Shown here: piece after piece, positions 22,140 to 36,094 of the stretch | How positions within the stretch are numbered: the first letter of the stretch is position 1 | Layout of the letters: every line of letters starts with the position of its first letter | NCBI GenBank assembly: GCA_000934665.2 | Contig: JYFJ02003260.1 | Coordinates: forward strand, 1 to 44,380 | Origin: Catajapyx aquilonaris | Lineage: Eukaryota | DNA length: 44,380 bases | Direction: 5' to 3' | The notes under the pieces: generated by a model | Seen by the model: only the letters and a program-made list of their open reading frames with translations | What the model was told of the DNA's origin: nothing | Database searches by the model: none | Position numbers and translations under genes: made by a program

Positions 22140-23157
22140 GTTCTGCAATGGATGGAAAGTGTTTCAGTATAATTAGGTCTCTTTGATGCTCAAATTGCAC
22201 CTGTAATTTTATATGGAGCCCAGGTCTGGGGTATTGCTCATTTAGCGATTTTTGATGAGGTGCAAAATTATTTCTTGAAACGGTTCTTTCAGCTGCCTAC
22301 TAACACGGCGAACTATTTTGTAAGATTGGAACTAGGCATTCGACCATTGTCAGGTAGAGCGCTAAGGCTGATTGGAAAACACCTGATTAAGCTGGTGAGT
22401 CTCCCCACGTCTCGGCTTCAGAAGCTGGCTTATCTTGACTTCAAAAACGAGCTACCGGCTCATCCCCATCCCCAAACTGGTACAGTAAGGTCCTACACGT
22501 ATTTTCAGAAGCAGGTCGTGACAATTTAGATAGGTTGGAGCTCTCACTCGGTGCAGTTATCCAGACATATGAAGAACACATGTTAAGTGGTAGTCGTCAG
22601 GCATTAGCCCGCTCAACTCGCTATGCCTTTTATCGTGAATTAGTCCCTGAATCTCTCCCGGTGTGGTATATGGGTGTGAGTCGACCGCTGCCGATCACTA
22701 GAATGTTTGCCAATCTCAGAAATCAATCCACCTCCTTATACATACGTGGCCAAAAAATTACCTTCAAGTGTGATGTTCCATGCTCGTGGTGCAACTCCCC
22801 TGATATCAGGCTTTTTCATTACATCACATCTTGTACAGTTGTCATTTTTTTAATCACGCCCAGGGTAAATTTTGTGTCAGACATGAGCGTTTTCCCGTCT
22901 GACAAGACCCACCTACTTTTTGGACACTTGCCAAAAGAAGTGCTATATCATTCATTCAATTTTTTTGATAATGTCAGAAAGCGAATATACTTTTGAGGGG
23001 ATTTCCCCTGAAATTCCAGTGTGAACGATACCATGGGTGAACGAATTGTATGTAATGTAATTGTGAGGTAATGTATTATAACGAGAGTTGTGTCCCCCCA
23101 AAAGGGCTCTGCCCTGATATCGGGGTAACTAAATAAAGAAATAAAAATAAATAAATA
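22140..23157 (+). mobile_element. 5'-truncated, degenerate non-LTR retrotransposon (LINE; RTE-X-like C-terminal region)
   Basis: Post-RT motif LFDAQIAPVILYGAQVWG...EVQNYFLKRFFQLPTNTANYFVRLELG. C-terminal CSWC...H...C zinc-knuckle-like motif, stops/frameshift, a short 3' UTR and an (AAAT)n-like tail at 23131-23157. The clade assignment is tentative. Confidence 0.8.
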
Positions 23158-24392
23158 CAGTATTATTAGGTCTATAAATATTGAGTAAGTGACTTAAAAT
23201 CTGCATATTACGGCAGCAATATTTCTGAGGTTTTTGAGGTTAGTTGCTGCAATGCCCTTGTCCAATATACTTTGTTGTAGTTTTATGACTCATGAAGGTG
23301 CTTTGCTACTCCATTACATGATATTTTCTTCAATTATTTTTATTTGAGAGCATTATTTTATGCTGAGACGGAATCATAGCAGGCCTGATGTCCTACCTGT
23401 GTTCTGTGCATGTACCATGTAGTTCAGAATTGGCTCCCATCCCCATCCTTTAAAATCTCATATGCTCATTTTCATTTGTTGCCATGGCCTCATCTGCCAC
23501 TGTGGCACTGATTGTGAGTGTGGACATCTTTGGAAAGCTTGATACTGGGATGTCCAATGTTTGCAAAATTACATGCCAAATGCAAGGTCAAGTGTCTGAG
23601 GCAAGTGTCGCGAAAATGTCACTGCTGAACATGCTAGTAAAATTCTGAAGCATAGTGTATGCCCAGTCTGTTGATTAGTGAATTGCACTGACAGTATGTG
23701 ACCAGTTACAGAGCCAATTATGATACAGGTATACTGTACTTTTGCAAGCAGTTTTCTCCTGATTCCAATGCCATGACAATATTCCAGAGACCCTGTTTGA
23801 GTACGACAGGAGTATAATATATCATTAATCACTTTTAATGACATTTAAACGAATGACAAATTTGGCTGACCTGAACATTCTAGTAGAGTACATGTATATG
23901 CAAGTACAGTATATTTTGTCTGTAAATGTTATTAAATTTTTCCCATAGTCCACTGCACTCTTACTGTTAGTATGGTGAATGCCTGAAAGTGTAGGATTAC
24001 TGAACTCTGGACCCATTAGCAGTGCAAGTAATATGTATATTGGCTTCCTTTTCTAAGATTCTTACACTGAATATTAATTTGTTTCCTGAAAATTGTATGT
24101 GTCTTGGCATTCTTCATGCCTTTGACAAAAACTTTAGTACTGTATTTCAAATTGATGATAACAACTTTTCCTGCTTCCTCTATGTGAAGCTAACATCAAG
24201 TCCTAAGTGTGAAACATTGTTTTTCTTTGATTGTAATGTGGATAATATTTTTGGATGTTACCTGAAGAGGTTTTAAAGCACCACAACAATACCATGTTAC
24301 ATTATAAGAAATGATTAATAGATTCTACAAATTTGACGAATGATTCAGTGTGCATGTGTATGTTAAACAACTATCTCTTCTCAAACCATTAG

Positions 24393-24575
24393 AACAATGG
24401 AGCCCAACAACTGGCATCTGAGGCCACCATATACATCATGCTGGAAGATGTGAATGACGAGATTCCGCTGTTCACAGAGCGAGAGCAGGAAACTGTTCTT
24501 GAAGGGGAGCCCATTGGAACGAAAGTCACCCAGACCAATGCCATTGACAAAGATGGCACATTTCCCAACAGTCAG
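24393..24575 (+). CDS. CadN: Neural cadherin coding exon
   Basis: cattag|AAC ... AGTCAG|gtacat; 183 nt, phase 0 to 0. NNGAQQLASEATIYIMLEDVNDEIPLFTEREQETVLEGEPIGTKVTQTNAIDKDGTFPNSQ. Confidence 0.95.
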
Positions 24576-24692
24576 GTACATTAATTTCAACTTCAAGAGT
24601 GAAAACTTTCTAACCGTAGTCAAAGAGCACTTTGAACATGCCTTACTGTGCTTTAAAGAGCAAACACGATGAAACACTTCTGCTGCTTTCAG

Positions 24693-24882
24693 GTGTACTA
24701 CTACATAGTGAACTCTTCGCGCAATGAAGGCAAAGACTACTTTGAGATCAACCCGCAGACTGGAGAGATATTCACCAAAGTTGTGTTTGATCGAGAGAAG
24801 CAAGGCGCCTATGCACTGGAAGTAGAGGCGAGAGATGGCGCCCCTTCTGCACGACCCAACAGCAATGGACAACCCAACTCAG
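24693..24882 (+). CDS. CadN: Neural cadherin coding exon (last exon found in window)
   Basis: ctttcag|GTG ... TCAG|gtagga; 190 nt, phase 0 to 1. VYYYIVNSSRNEGKDYFEINPQTGEIFTKVVFDREKQGAYALEVEARDGAPSARPNSNGQPNS. Confidence 0.95.
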
Positions 24883-27807
24883 GTAGGACTTTTCACTCGT
24901 TACTTGCTATTTCAACTGGATTGCCAGTTCCTGAGGAGCGGCTTTGTGTGTGACCAAAATGAGCTGAAACAATGCTGTGGCATAAATTGAGTTCCATGTA
25001 ACTGGATTTACTCTGTTGTCTGACACACAAGGAAACACAATCACAACCAGGCTGTAATTGCATTGTTTTCAGTTAGCATACATGAGATGCATTCTCCCAG
25101 GTATAAATCGCAGTAACTACCAGATGCTACATCACATATGCAAATGTTATCATTCATGCAGGCTTCAATGGGTGAATAAACACGCCTGGATAAATATTGG
25201 AGAACATAACAATACTTGTTGACATATCATGACTGGCCTAATGACGTTATTACATTGAATTTGCATTTTTTAATGAGGGGGCACCGCTGCACTCTTTGTC
25301 AGAAGAGGGTTTGTGCCACTGCATGTACTTGGGAGAGTCGCTACAATTTTGTTAATGGATAGTGTGTATGCTGTTAGTTTTGATTGCCAATTAGCGGAAG
25401 AAAAATAACACTATTTAGGTACTGACGTGCACAATTCATCAACTCAATTGTTAGAATAGGGATGAAATTGAAAATGGTGAGCAACATGTGGTGAGTTGGG
25501 TGACCAAATGACTGCATAATTGATGACAAAAAGTGTGCTATGCAGGCATACCAGTGCATTGTTCTTATTTGTACACCTTCAGCAGCGTACATATTATCTG
25601 GATTTATTTATTCTGTGTGAGAAAGGTCACGTTTGAGCATTTTAGATCTTCTGTACGACTCGCAGGATATTTAACTACATTGTAGGTAAGGTTGCGATGG
25701 ACCGATGATGATCATGATACCTGTTATTGTATGAAGAATGCACTTATTCCTGAAGCTGTAAAAAGTAAAGGGTTGTTTAAGCTCCTTAATATACTTGACC
25801 ATAGTTGCCGAACGTTCAGCAAAATCCGGGGATTTTTGAAAATCCGAGTACTCAGTGTGCGCTCTCAATCTGTTTCAATTTTCTTTTGTTTTAAATTTTG
25901 GTCCAGTATTAAATTTGCAGTGAAAGTCTCTCATCAGAGAAGCCGGATGCGAGTAAGTTGGAATATTGTCATTGCAGGCTGAACATGTGGTCCAGATTTT
26001 CCGTCTCTACAGGCACGATTTTGAGCACACGGTCCAATGCAGATGTTAACAATTGCCTGGCCATTTCATCACACGGGTTGCTAAGCATATTGGAAAATTT
26101 TCGGGTCCTTCCACTTTTGAAAGTAGCCTCGAAATTGAGGCCACCCCCTTCCAAAAAAAGGACAAGAGTGTCTTTATTTCTCTGAAGGGGGATTTCTTCA
26201 GAACATTGGTGGTGATAAATCCAGCCTTCCGACACGGTGCAAATTGTCGATAACAATAGTCTCCCAAGTGAAAAGGCCGCCTTTACATGAAAGCAAAAAA
26301 AAAAAAAAAATTTTTTTTACAAAAAAAAAGGGTCCTCTTGCCGCCACCATTCTTCTTGATAGTTCCAAATGACTTGCGCTAGAAGTGAGTGGGTTTTGGC
26401 ACTCGGACTCGGGCAGTAAAGGGAAAAGAAAAATACTGTAGTAAAAAAAAGGTAAGGTAGCGGGGGCGGCTGACTCTTTTGATCTAGATTTTTGGACCCC
26501 CATAAGGCCAGGTTGGCAACTTCACACAGAGTAGAGGGGGGTCCAAATGGCAAGACTTTTCGATTATTTACTCAGCGCAAGTATCGGGAAAGAGAAGTTT
26601 GCTTTGGGAGTAGATTGCAAGGAGGGGAAGGAGTTATTTTTTTGTGTTGTTTTTTATCGAGGGTGGAGGAGGTGCAGGGGGTTTTCTCTGATGGTAATAA
26701 GTGGAAGTCGAGACTGTTTCCTCTCCTGGGATTGTGTTTGCAGTGGAGCAGTGGAATTGAGCAAGTTTGCAGGTCTGGGTCGTTCATTGCGCTACTTTGT
26801 TTGCTGACCTCTGTGAGTACACTGGCGATTTCTGTACTGATTTATACAGGTCTGTCAACTTGCCATGTGGGGGTAATTCGGCTTGTACATAAAAATGTAG
26901 CCAATGGCGAAGAGGTGGCACAACACAGGGGAAAAACCTGAATAATGTAATAAGGAATTTAATAATGAGAATATTTTAGTATACCTGCTTTGGTACTTGG
27001 ATATACCTAATTTTGTGACGGAGTTAGTAGGTAAGTTATTTAATTACTGAGTGGAAATCATAACCTGAAGTACGCTTATTTGAGGAAAAAATTGCATATT
27101 ACCAAAGCAACGCCGAGATTTCCCATATGTATTTTTTGAAAATGAATTAGGGGCAAAAATGAAGTTTTGATTAGTTCAGCGGCTATGGTGGGTAATCAAT
27201 AATCACTTATGCAAACTTCGCTCTTTGTTGATTAATATTGTATAAGTACTTGGTAATATCGGGGGCATTCTGGGGATTCTATTGTAAGCTATTGAGCACT
27301 GCCTGGATCACGCTAGACTATAAGTTGACTTTAACGTTGACCTGGCGTGACGGAATAATTTGGTTGTACTTTAATGAGAAAAAAGGCAGTTTTTTTTACA
27401 TTTGATTCTCTCCACTGCGAAATTTTTCTGCGGCCAGGGAAATACGTGTGGAGTTACAGTGTGAGTATTCATAATTGATATTTTTTGTGCCTCAGAGGAG
27501 AGCTTGAAAAGAAAATTTAAATTATAGAACTCTGCTGGTTATTAGAGAAGGTTTGCCACTCGAATTTCCCCCATGTGTAAAGCTATTCACACCTATTTTA
27601 AATAACGAGTTTTAAGTACCGAATAATTTGCGCTACACATGTTTCATACGACCCAATAATTCATTTGGGGCTTTCAGCCTGTGGGACTTAACATGTCTGC
27701 AGTAACTTCATAACTATTTTTAAATGCGGCAGAGTAATTATTTATAACTCTAATATCACAGCTCTGAATATCGCTTCTCTTTGCAAAGAGTGATTGTCCG
27801 TTAGATC

Positions 27808-27866
27808 GAGAGAGAGAGAGAGAGCGAGAGAGAGAGAGCGAGAGAGAGAGAGCGAGAGAGAGAGAG
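27808..27866. repeat. (GA)n microsatellite with periodic GC interruptions
   Basis: GA runs interrupted by GC at 14-nt spacing. Confidence 0.95.
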
Positions 27867-30800
27867 TGAGTTCCATAAAATTTTTCCATAAAATTTACGA
27901 TATATTGATAATTTTAAATACGGTACCGTTGGGAAAAATTGGCAAGTACATTGTGTCTGCTGCTGTATGGTGCAGTCTGTTGCAAAGTTGGGTGCTGCAG
28001 ATTCTGGACGGTTTGTTGCCTAGCGGGCCTCCATTCTGTCCCTGTAACTTCAAACAAAAATTGCTGCGCAGTTTATTACTATAATTGTGGAAACAAACTC
28101 AGCCCCGCATGTCCCAGGAGTAACCCGCCATCCACGTCCAATCAAGCGGATTGCTACTATATACCAGGCCCGATTTATGACCATCCATCAACATAACATC
28201 TAAATTCGAACCTTGACTGCTGCACAAAGCAAATCAAGTACCGAGAAATGCCCTATATGCATGTGCTGGATGATTGCCATTATGGGCTATCCGAGGCCAT
28301 GTCCAAGGGAATGATCCTACACATGTAGTGGGCGGGAATCATCACGGTTAATTCCGGCACACTCGGTACATCAGCCACTTCATGCCATACTCTAATTGAA
28401 TGGCAAAGGCACAAACACCGCTCCAACACTGCGTTATGATGGAGTGTTTGCAAGTACCTTGCACACATAATCTAGTTATGCGCACTTGACATGATCAGCA
28501 CGTCAGTTCCCTGATACACTATATAGGCCCTACAAGTGGTGCAAAAGCAAGTCCGCAGTGTTTCATTCCGTCCAGGCCCGGAATGAAGAACGCCGAGTGA
28601 GTGTTCATTAACTGGGCATGATTGAAGCCTCATTTGGGCTCTTATTGGGTGAGCCGGAGCCATTTGGCGGCTCCGATGAAGCGAAACGGGAAATGAATGC
28701 TACATTGCACTATTCTAATTAAATTTTTATGGCCCCCTACTTTGGAGGGGTAAACAGAGCGGGGGTAAACTTTTCATTTGCGTGGTCCGCACGTGGTCCT
28801 CCATCAATTGTGTGTGAAATGTGACGGGCGGAGCAGAAGCTGTTGTCACTTGTCACCAGTCCCGGTTTTAATCCAACCCGGACCTAAAATGGGAAGCTGT
28901 GCCTGTTGCGTCTGGCCCATTGAAAACCCTCGCGCCTGGCATAAGTGTGTGTTTGATTTGCAGGGTGGTGACGGCGCGATGGGATCGTCTTTGCTGCGGG
29001 TTTAATTGGGTCAAATGGCGGGATTAGCGGGGAGCGATTCGCGATTGAATTTCGGCCAGCCGGAAAAAAAACCGGAAGGCAATTTATGATGGCGTGTGTT
29101 TTTATAGAGGGCTTGCAGGTGGCGATGTGTGATTGACCGCGTGATGGCGCCAGTAGGACGTTGCCTGGCGTACCCAGCAGGTGTTGTTGCCATGGGGCAA
29201 CTCGGAGCAACTTGTGTGAGTAACTGGTGACGTCAGGTGCCTGAAAGGGCCTGTTCCCAGTAGGTGAAAGCCGGCTCAGATTTATGCAATAGAGCCACGG
29301 CTTCCAGGCCTTTTTTTTTGTGCTAGACTGTGGAGTACAATCGTCTATTGTGGGGCTTTTTCCCTGGCCTGTCCCAGCGGGAGTACGTACAGGTCTCTCT
29401 AACTGTGGCTATCAGGCGGTGTCGCTACCGATAATGAATGTTTGTATCGGTCGTTAGCGTACAGGTTAATTCACAAGTTATTTACAGCCGTTAACTTTAA
29501 TGGCTGGGATGTTGGGAACCGCAAAGAGGAGGGTTTAACGGGAGAACTTTTCAATGCCTATTTTGGGGTGGACAAATGGAGTCTAGGGCCATGTTTCGCA
29601 ATTGATTGGTAACGTTATGGTCTAGATAGTAGTCTATCCGTCATGATAATAGCGGCTGTGACACATGGTAATAAGAGCAATCATGGGACCCAAACCCAAT
29701 TGCCTTTAGAACGACAAGTGAACATTGTGATTTGATGCGGATGTAATAAACATTTATTGCTGCAATATATGGGGTCGCATATGTTTTCTTATTTTGCGAG
29801 GTAATTTGGTGCTAAGCTGTTGAGTTGATGTCGTTTTCAACTGTTCGTGCCGGTAGCCATAGGTTGGCTTCTTTCTAGGTGTGAAACATGAATCATTTTT
29901 GGCATTAATGTGTCCAAAATGTATGTTTCCAATCAGTAAAAGTAGGTGTGAAGGAACCACTATGTTAACATGGCTCTTGATGATTGAAATCGTCATCAAA
30001 CTTTGTCCTCACCCTGTTCTTGCGGTGAGCGCTGAGACCTACAACAACAGTAGACTGGCCCTTAACCGAGGCAATTTGAAATGTTGATTAGACGGTACAT
30101 AGCCGTCTAATAAAACAGCAAGTGGGGAGAGTGGAGAAGACGGCCTACTCCATCACCGGGCGATGATAATTTGGCCCCTTCCTGACGCATTTTATGGCCA
30201 ATTCCTGCTTCCGCGCGTCACGCACACTAATTAGGAAAACATAGGCCATAATTCAGCAGTTCTTTTCTGGCTGTCGCGAAGCAGGCGCGCGGGGTCTCAA
30301 AATGGATATAAATTCCTTCGCACTCCTCTTTCGACCCTCTAATCCGCATTTATTTCCCTTGAAATTCCGGCGCAGCAGTTAATTCTCATTAATCTCAATC
30401 GCTCCAAATGATAATAAGGCGAGGGCCAGTAGGAAAGTTAGCTGCTAATCTTGTTAGTGTTCATCCAGCGTGCCATGTAATATGGCTGGGTTTTTTCTAC
30501 AGCTGAGACTTGATTAATACAGAATATTGCACTTGCCTGATTATGACGTTGCACATTTTAATTATTGTGCTTTCCGTGGCGTTGGGAAGGTTATATTCTT
30601 GGGTTATTTTTCTGACTTATATCAACGCGTGGCCGTATGGGGTGAATTCATGCATGGATGATTATTGTGTTAATAATTCAGGTGTAAGGGAACTGTGAAG
30701 TTTGGTTAACAGGCTGCTAGCGTAAAAGTACTACCATATTGATATTTGTTTTGCGAAGGTATAGCCTACAGTACCTTGACAAGTACAGTGACTTGATTTA

Positions 30801-33800
30801 AGGAGCGAAGAAATATTATTTCCCCCACGATAACCCTTCATTTCATTTGCTTACATAATATACAGCATATGGAGATACTCTGACATTAGCATGCGTTCAC
30901 TCGTTATAGTCTCTATAAGGCCTACATTATTTTTAAATGTTCCAAGGGATGACCCTCCTGTCCGAGTACCGCAATGCCATAATTTGACATGTAATATGCA
31001 GTATTATGTCCGATACAAAATTCAGACGTCGTTGGCATTTATTCCCGACACCTTGTAGGTAGCATTGTGTTCATTAGCCGGCTGGCCGTATAAGTCACTT
31101 TCATAAGTGGGCACTAGTCTGGTTTCCCGAGGCACTATGCCAAAATAATTTGTTCAGCAGCCGGATTATTTCAATCCGAGCAATTAAACCTTTAAAAATT
31201 CAAGTGGCTCTTACACTCACCATTTCCGACGAAGTGCAATAATTATGATCTGAGAGACGGTGTATTTCACTGCAAAGCGGACCGATTTTTTAAGGTAAAC
31301 AACGACTGAAGTTAATGAAATTGGAGGATTTTAGTGTGCTTTTATATCTCCGAGGATTAGGCTCTTTCGGAACCAGACCCTGCTAAATCAATCCCCCTCC
31401 TAAGTGTTTCGGGGCTGAAGTGTTTCCTCTGCATTAATAATTTCATTAGGGAAAGGTTCTTTCAGTTATCCGCGGATAAGGCACACCTTCGGAAAATAAT
31501 CACATTATTCATGACTGAATTCGTCTCAGAGCGTCAGTCTCGATGTGTCTTTAAACCTGTGACGTTTTCTTAGTTGTGCAAAGCTTTGCTGCGGTGCCAC
31601 TAGCAGCACTCTTAAGCATCTTAATACTCTTTGATTATTATTAATTCTGTCTTAAGCCTTAAACTTGTAACAATTCTTAGCCTGGTTTCGGTGACATGTT
31701 TGGCTGCGAGGTTCTTCTCGAAACTGCTTTGAGATTTAGAAAATGAGAACTAAATATGAAGCAAAGCTGACTATATGCTTCCATATAGAGTCAGTTAGTG
31801 TCGTCTCAAGTACAGTATTCGCCCAGTTGTGCATATCAGTTGAAAATATACTTGCTCTATCAAAAATATGTGCATCTTTAATGACGTGGTGTCTTCTTTC
31901 TATCCTCTCCTACACTCGAGAGTTCCAGGTAATACTTTTTTGACGTCAGATGGCTTCTAGTGTCATCGGCCCAGGTCCTTAGTATAGGCAGAGGTATGTT
32001 TGTGTCGATAAAAAGGAAGTGGGAACGAGCAAAAGGAAGAGAAATAGTGTATTTCCATGTAAGCTGGATCCCTTTATTGTGACGGTGAAAGAATAGGTAA
32101 AAACTATCCCAAATGTCGCCATAGTGGTGGAAAAAATGGTGCTGACATCTGCTGGTGTTCTATACTTTTTGCCTTTCCAATGACACCTGCCATATCTTAC
32201 TGCGGAATGAGCTGAGCCTCTCTCTCTCTCTCTCTTGGTTGCTGTTGTATTACGTATTAGGTAACTCTGCACAACTCTCGAGGGATAATGCCTGTGAAAT
32301 GGAAACGTGGTCTGCATGGCGTGGTCCATCCAGCAAGTTGCGAGTAAAGAACACATCAGTAATAGCCTAGGTTGATATAAATCCAGTAGAAACTAGAACA
32401 CGAATGGTCCGTGTCAGATAATCCTTGGTAAGACCCAAGAATTAATGTTTGTTCCTGTGCACTACATCTGGCCAAATGGAGGCCGGTTGTTTGCGGTGCG
32501 ACGGAGCCACTTCCTATCCGGGGATTTCCTCTGTTTATATGTTTAACGTTTGGGCAGCAAGCAAAACTAACTACCATTGCAAATGAGCCCGCAATAAAAA
32601 TAAGCGATGGCACCATTGAAAACTGCGGCGGTCTTCCATTGCCAGGATTGGAGGATTACCTTTGCGGCCAGCCAGTGTCCGAAGCGTTCAAAGTGCCCGG
32701 CCTAGCTGGACGTGAGATTACTGTCACCGTTCGGACTGATCCAAAAAAGCATATCCAAAACGATATTGTAGAAAACGATATGCTAATTCGACTAATTGTG
32801 CTGCATTGTTGACCGAAAATCGCCCGGAATGGCTTTTACAACCAGCCAGTTGTATTTGATCAAGCCTCGAAATTTCATTTACCATTATGCAGATGTTTGC
32901 AAACCACCAATAAAAGCTATCAGTTGTAATTATAAGCCGAGTTTTGTTAATGAAGTGTGTTGTTATGGATTAGGCGCATTGCATATAAACCAGGTCAGCC
33001 TGCTTAAATGCCAAGGGATACACCGTATCATTACGGGGGATACAAGATTCGCGCGTAAATGAATTGATTAGTCTGAAGCCGTAATGCGAAATGTTATATA
33101 CGTGGGTACTAATGACTAGGAGTAATTAGGAGCGGGTGTGTTCTGGAAGAGTGTTTTGGGGGGTGGGTGTGGGGAGGGGTAGAGCGGTGGTGGTATGCAT
33201 ACACGATGGTTTGTGGAGCTGCAGATTGAAATTGGCTCCCTACCTACAGTACCTCCGTCAAGCCAACTTCCCCCAGGGAAATTTGTGATTGTTATGGGAA
33301 ATTGTATCGATTGAGGAGGGGAAAGGGAGGGAAGGAAAGGTCTGCAATTAGGGACTGGAGAATTTCCTCAGGTGCATCGGCGGAGTCTCAAGTTTTTCAA
33401 AGTGGCTCTCATCGCATGTTTTTGTTCAGATTTACATCAGCCATTGTTTGCAGCAAATTAATGATTACCCCGAAGTCAGCTTTGCAAGTTTTAAGCACAT
33501 CGTTAGGATGCATGATTGACATTAACAATTATTATGCAGAACTACTGGCTCGTCATTATGGAATGGTAGATAAGCAGAAGTAATATTTGAATAATTGGCC
33601 TAAGACCCTAAGTTGTTGCAAGAGAGTTTTTTTGTCTCCATCCTGTCGTTACCGTGAATTGTAGTTAAGTATTGAACAACTGCCAAATTTGGCAACTATG
33701 AACTGATGACATTCTAATCGCAGTGAAAAGGGTCTGAGGGCAGAGACAATCCGTTTATACACAACCACGAGGCGATATTCACGATGTACTATTAACACAA

Positions 33801-36072
33801 TTAATCAGGCAATGTTATTCATGTCCCATCGTACTCTGACACTGTATTACGAGCTGATGAAATTACTCTGCACTACATTGGACCTGTCTATTTTCGCCTT
33901 GGTAGGAGATCAGAGCGGATATGGTATTGCTGTTTTGAAGGGAGAAATAGACAGGCCCGATGTGATGCAGCGAAATTTTACTGTCCCTCTGCGTGTTGGT
34001 CATATGGCCTGATAATATATAGGTCTTACAAGTGCCTGAAGCGTGGACTATGCGTTTATACTGTATATCTAGTGTGTGCTGGAAAAGTATATGCTCCACT
34101 TCAGATTGTTCCAAAAGTAATGTGAGACTCAACCACAATGTCCGCAATACTATAAGTAAAGTTCAAAATTTGCGAACCGAATATGGTCGGCTTTTCGCCT
34201 TATGCCCCGTAGCAGTTGCGTGCTCTTTCTAACCCTAATTGTGAGCGTTGCGTAATAAATTCACGAACATCCCTTTAGGTACATTCCATGTCTAATTTAG
34301 TTACAGTCTGAAACAACATAATAGTTTACACAGATGAGCCCGGATAACAATCCGGAACAGAATCGGAGTAGGAAGATACGCTGTGGAGTGAATTATTGCT
34401 AGGGGTTTGAAGTGGTTCGCTGATAGCGGGGGGGCTTTTATCCCTTGTGGGAAGGGCATAATTTTTGGGGGCATGGACGCCGCCAGCACTTGTTTGCATG
34501 GGGCTCAATGTCAACATTACACCAACTGGTCTGGAATTAAGTCACCAGTAGAGAGGGCATTATGACACCCGGAATTATCTTAGGCAACCGGGATTCAAAG
34601 TCAGAGTCGTGCAGAATTTATGTAACTGCTTACGTGATCCTGCGAAATGATACAGCCTTTCATGTTTAGCTAAGGCTGATTTATGGCCCAAAGAGGCTTT
34701 GTGACGCTTGGTCAGTCCGCATTTAAAAAAAAAATACGCGTCATCAGGGTAGTGCACTTCCATCCGACGATAATTATCCTGTAATATTGTAAATCCGGGG
34801 GACTTCATGTAGCTGCAGGGTAGCCTCATCTGTTATCATTAGTGTCTGGCCAAATATTTTAGCGCACAATTTTAATGAGGGACAAGTAGTGCTCAGGAGG
34901 CCTGGAATTTCGGTGGGTATCCAAAAATTTTCATAATAGTGGGGTCAGCATTCAAGAAATACTGGATTATTTTTTATACAAAAAAAACGGGGCAAAATAC
35001 GTTAGTTCATAAGTCTTGTCTTTCGTAATGCAGTTAAAACTTGGCTTTTTTGCTGCACCACACAGCGGAAGTTGTGCCAAAATATCTCCCTAGTTAATTT
35101 AATTGTTCGTGATGTTATTAGTGATCGTATCCAAGTTGCGACTTTGTTGACAGAACAAAATTTTGGGGATGTTTTTATAACGGTATCATGGCGCCCCCTT
35201 TTTCCTCTCTTTCCTACCGCTTCTTCCTACATCAAAACTAAAAATAGAGTTGGAGGAAAGTTACCGGCTTGAATTCTGGAATGATACAGTAGGCCATCAT
35301 TCCTTCTTTCGCGAGGGACGGATTTTCTTCCTGAGAGAAGTCTTATATAAGTAATAGGTTTTTCAGTAGCAGAGATTTTGTGCGGATTCGGGCGAAGATT
35401 GAATTCGACATCGGATGTTCATTAATTTTTCGTTCCATAGGGAAACGCAAGGAGCTCTTGTAAAGAGTTGCAGGTCCCTCCAGATATTATTATAGATTTC
35501 ATTTTCCTTTCCCGTAACTAATGTTCAGGGAATTGAAGCTGCCACCCGCGAAAGTAACTGGAAAGTCGTATTCTGATTACATCCGCTGGATTCTGCACTT
35601 GATTCGGTGGCTTACAGGCGAATTGATGTAAGGATGTATTGCGATCCACGTTATGGGATTACAGCAGTCATCTAAACTTATCCGGATTTCAAAGAGATCC
35701 GGCTTGACTGACAGGAACGGATCTAGGGAATTATTGCACAAAATTTTAGTCAGCATATGTCACGTAATATTTTGATTTTTTGGGGGGATATATTGTGTTA
35801 CATCCGTTACTGCTATAGCGTAGGACAGCAGCGGCCTCTTGTAAACGAGCCACTTTTCCCTTTTCGCTGCAGGGTTGCCAGGGGCAGTGAATATTGTTAG
35901 ATGTCACCTGAACTCTCGATTGAGCAACTTGGGGCTCTCGGTCACCACGTCTCAGGTGGCATTTCGCATGCCATTTTCCCAGCATTTTGCCAGTTTCTTC
36001 TTCACGCTCGGTTTGACACTTTATGAAAGGGGACTGCAAACGTCTCTTGAGGTTGGCACCTCCCATCTCTAT

Positions 36073-36094
36073 ACACACACACACACACACACAC
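36073..36094. repeat. (AC)11 microsatellite
   Basis: Directly visible. Confidence 0.9.

Noticed and set aside
18364..24872. Minus-strand ORFs 18364-18795 and 24381-24872 (similarly 9769-10080, 11483-11803, 11840-12091)
   Set aside because: Antisense shadows of CadN exons with no independent coding signal.
24883..25180. Read-through GRTFHSLLAISTGLPVPEERLCV* plus AATAAA at 25175 as a secreted isoform
   Set aside because: Short read-through and a lone AATAAA are expected by chance, and the donor AG|GTAGGA is acceptable.
30087..30111. Small hairpins (ATTAGACGG / CCGTCTAAT; also 7711-7732 and 41872-41891)
   Set aside because: Too short for miRNA precursors. Intrinsic terminators do not apply to a eukaryotic intron.
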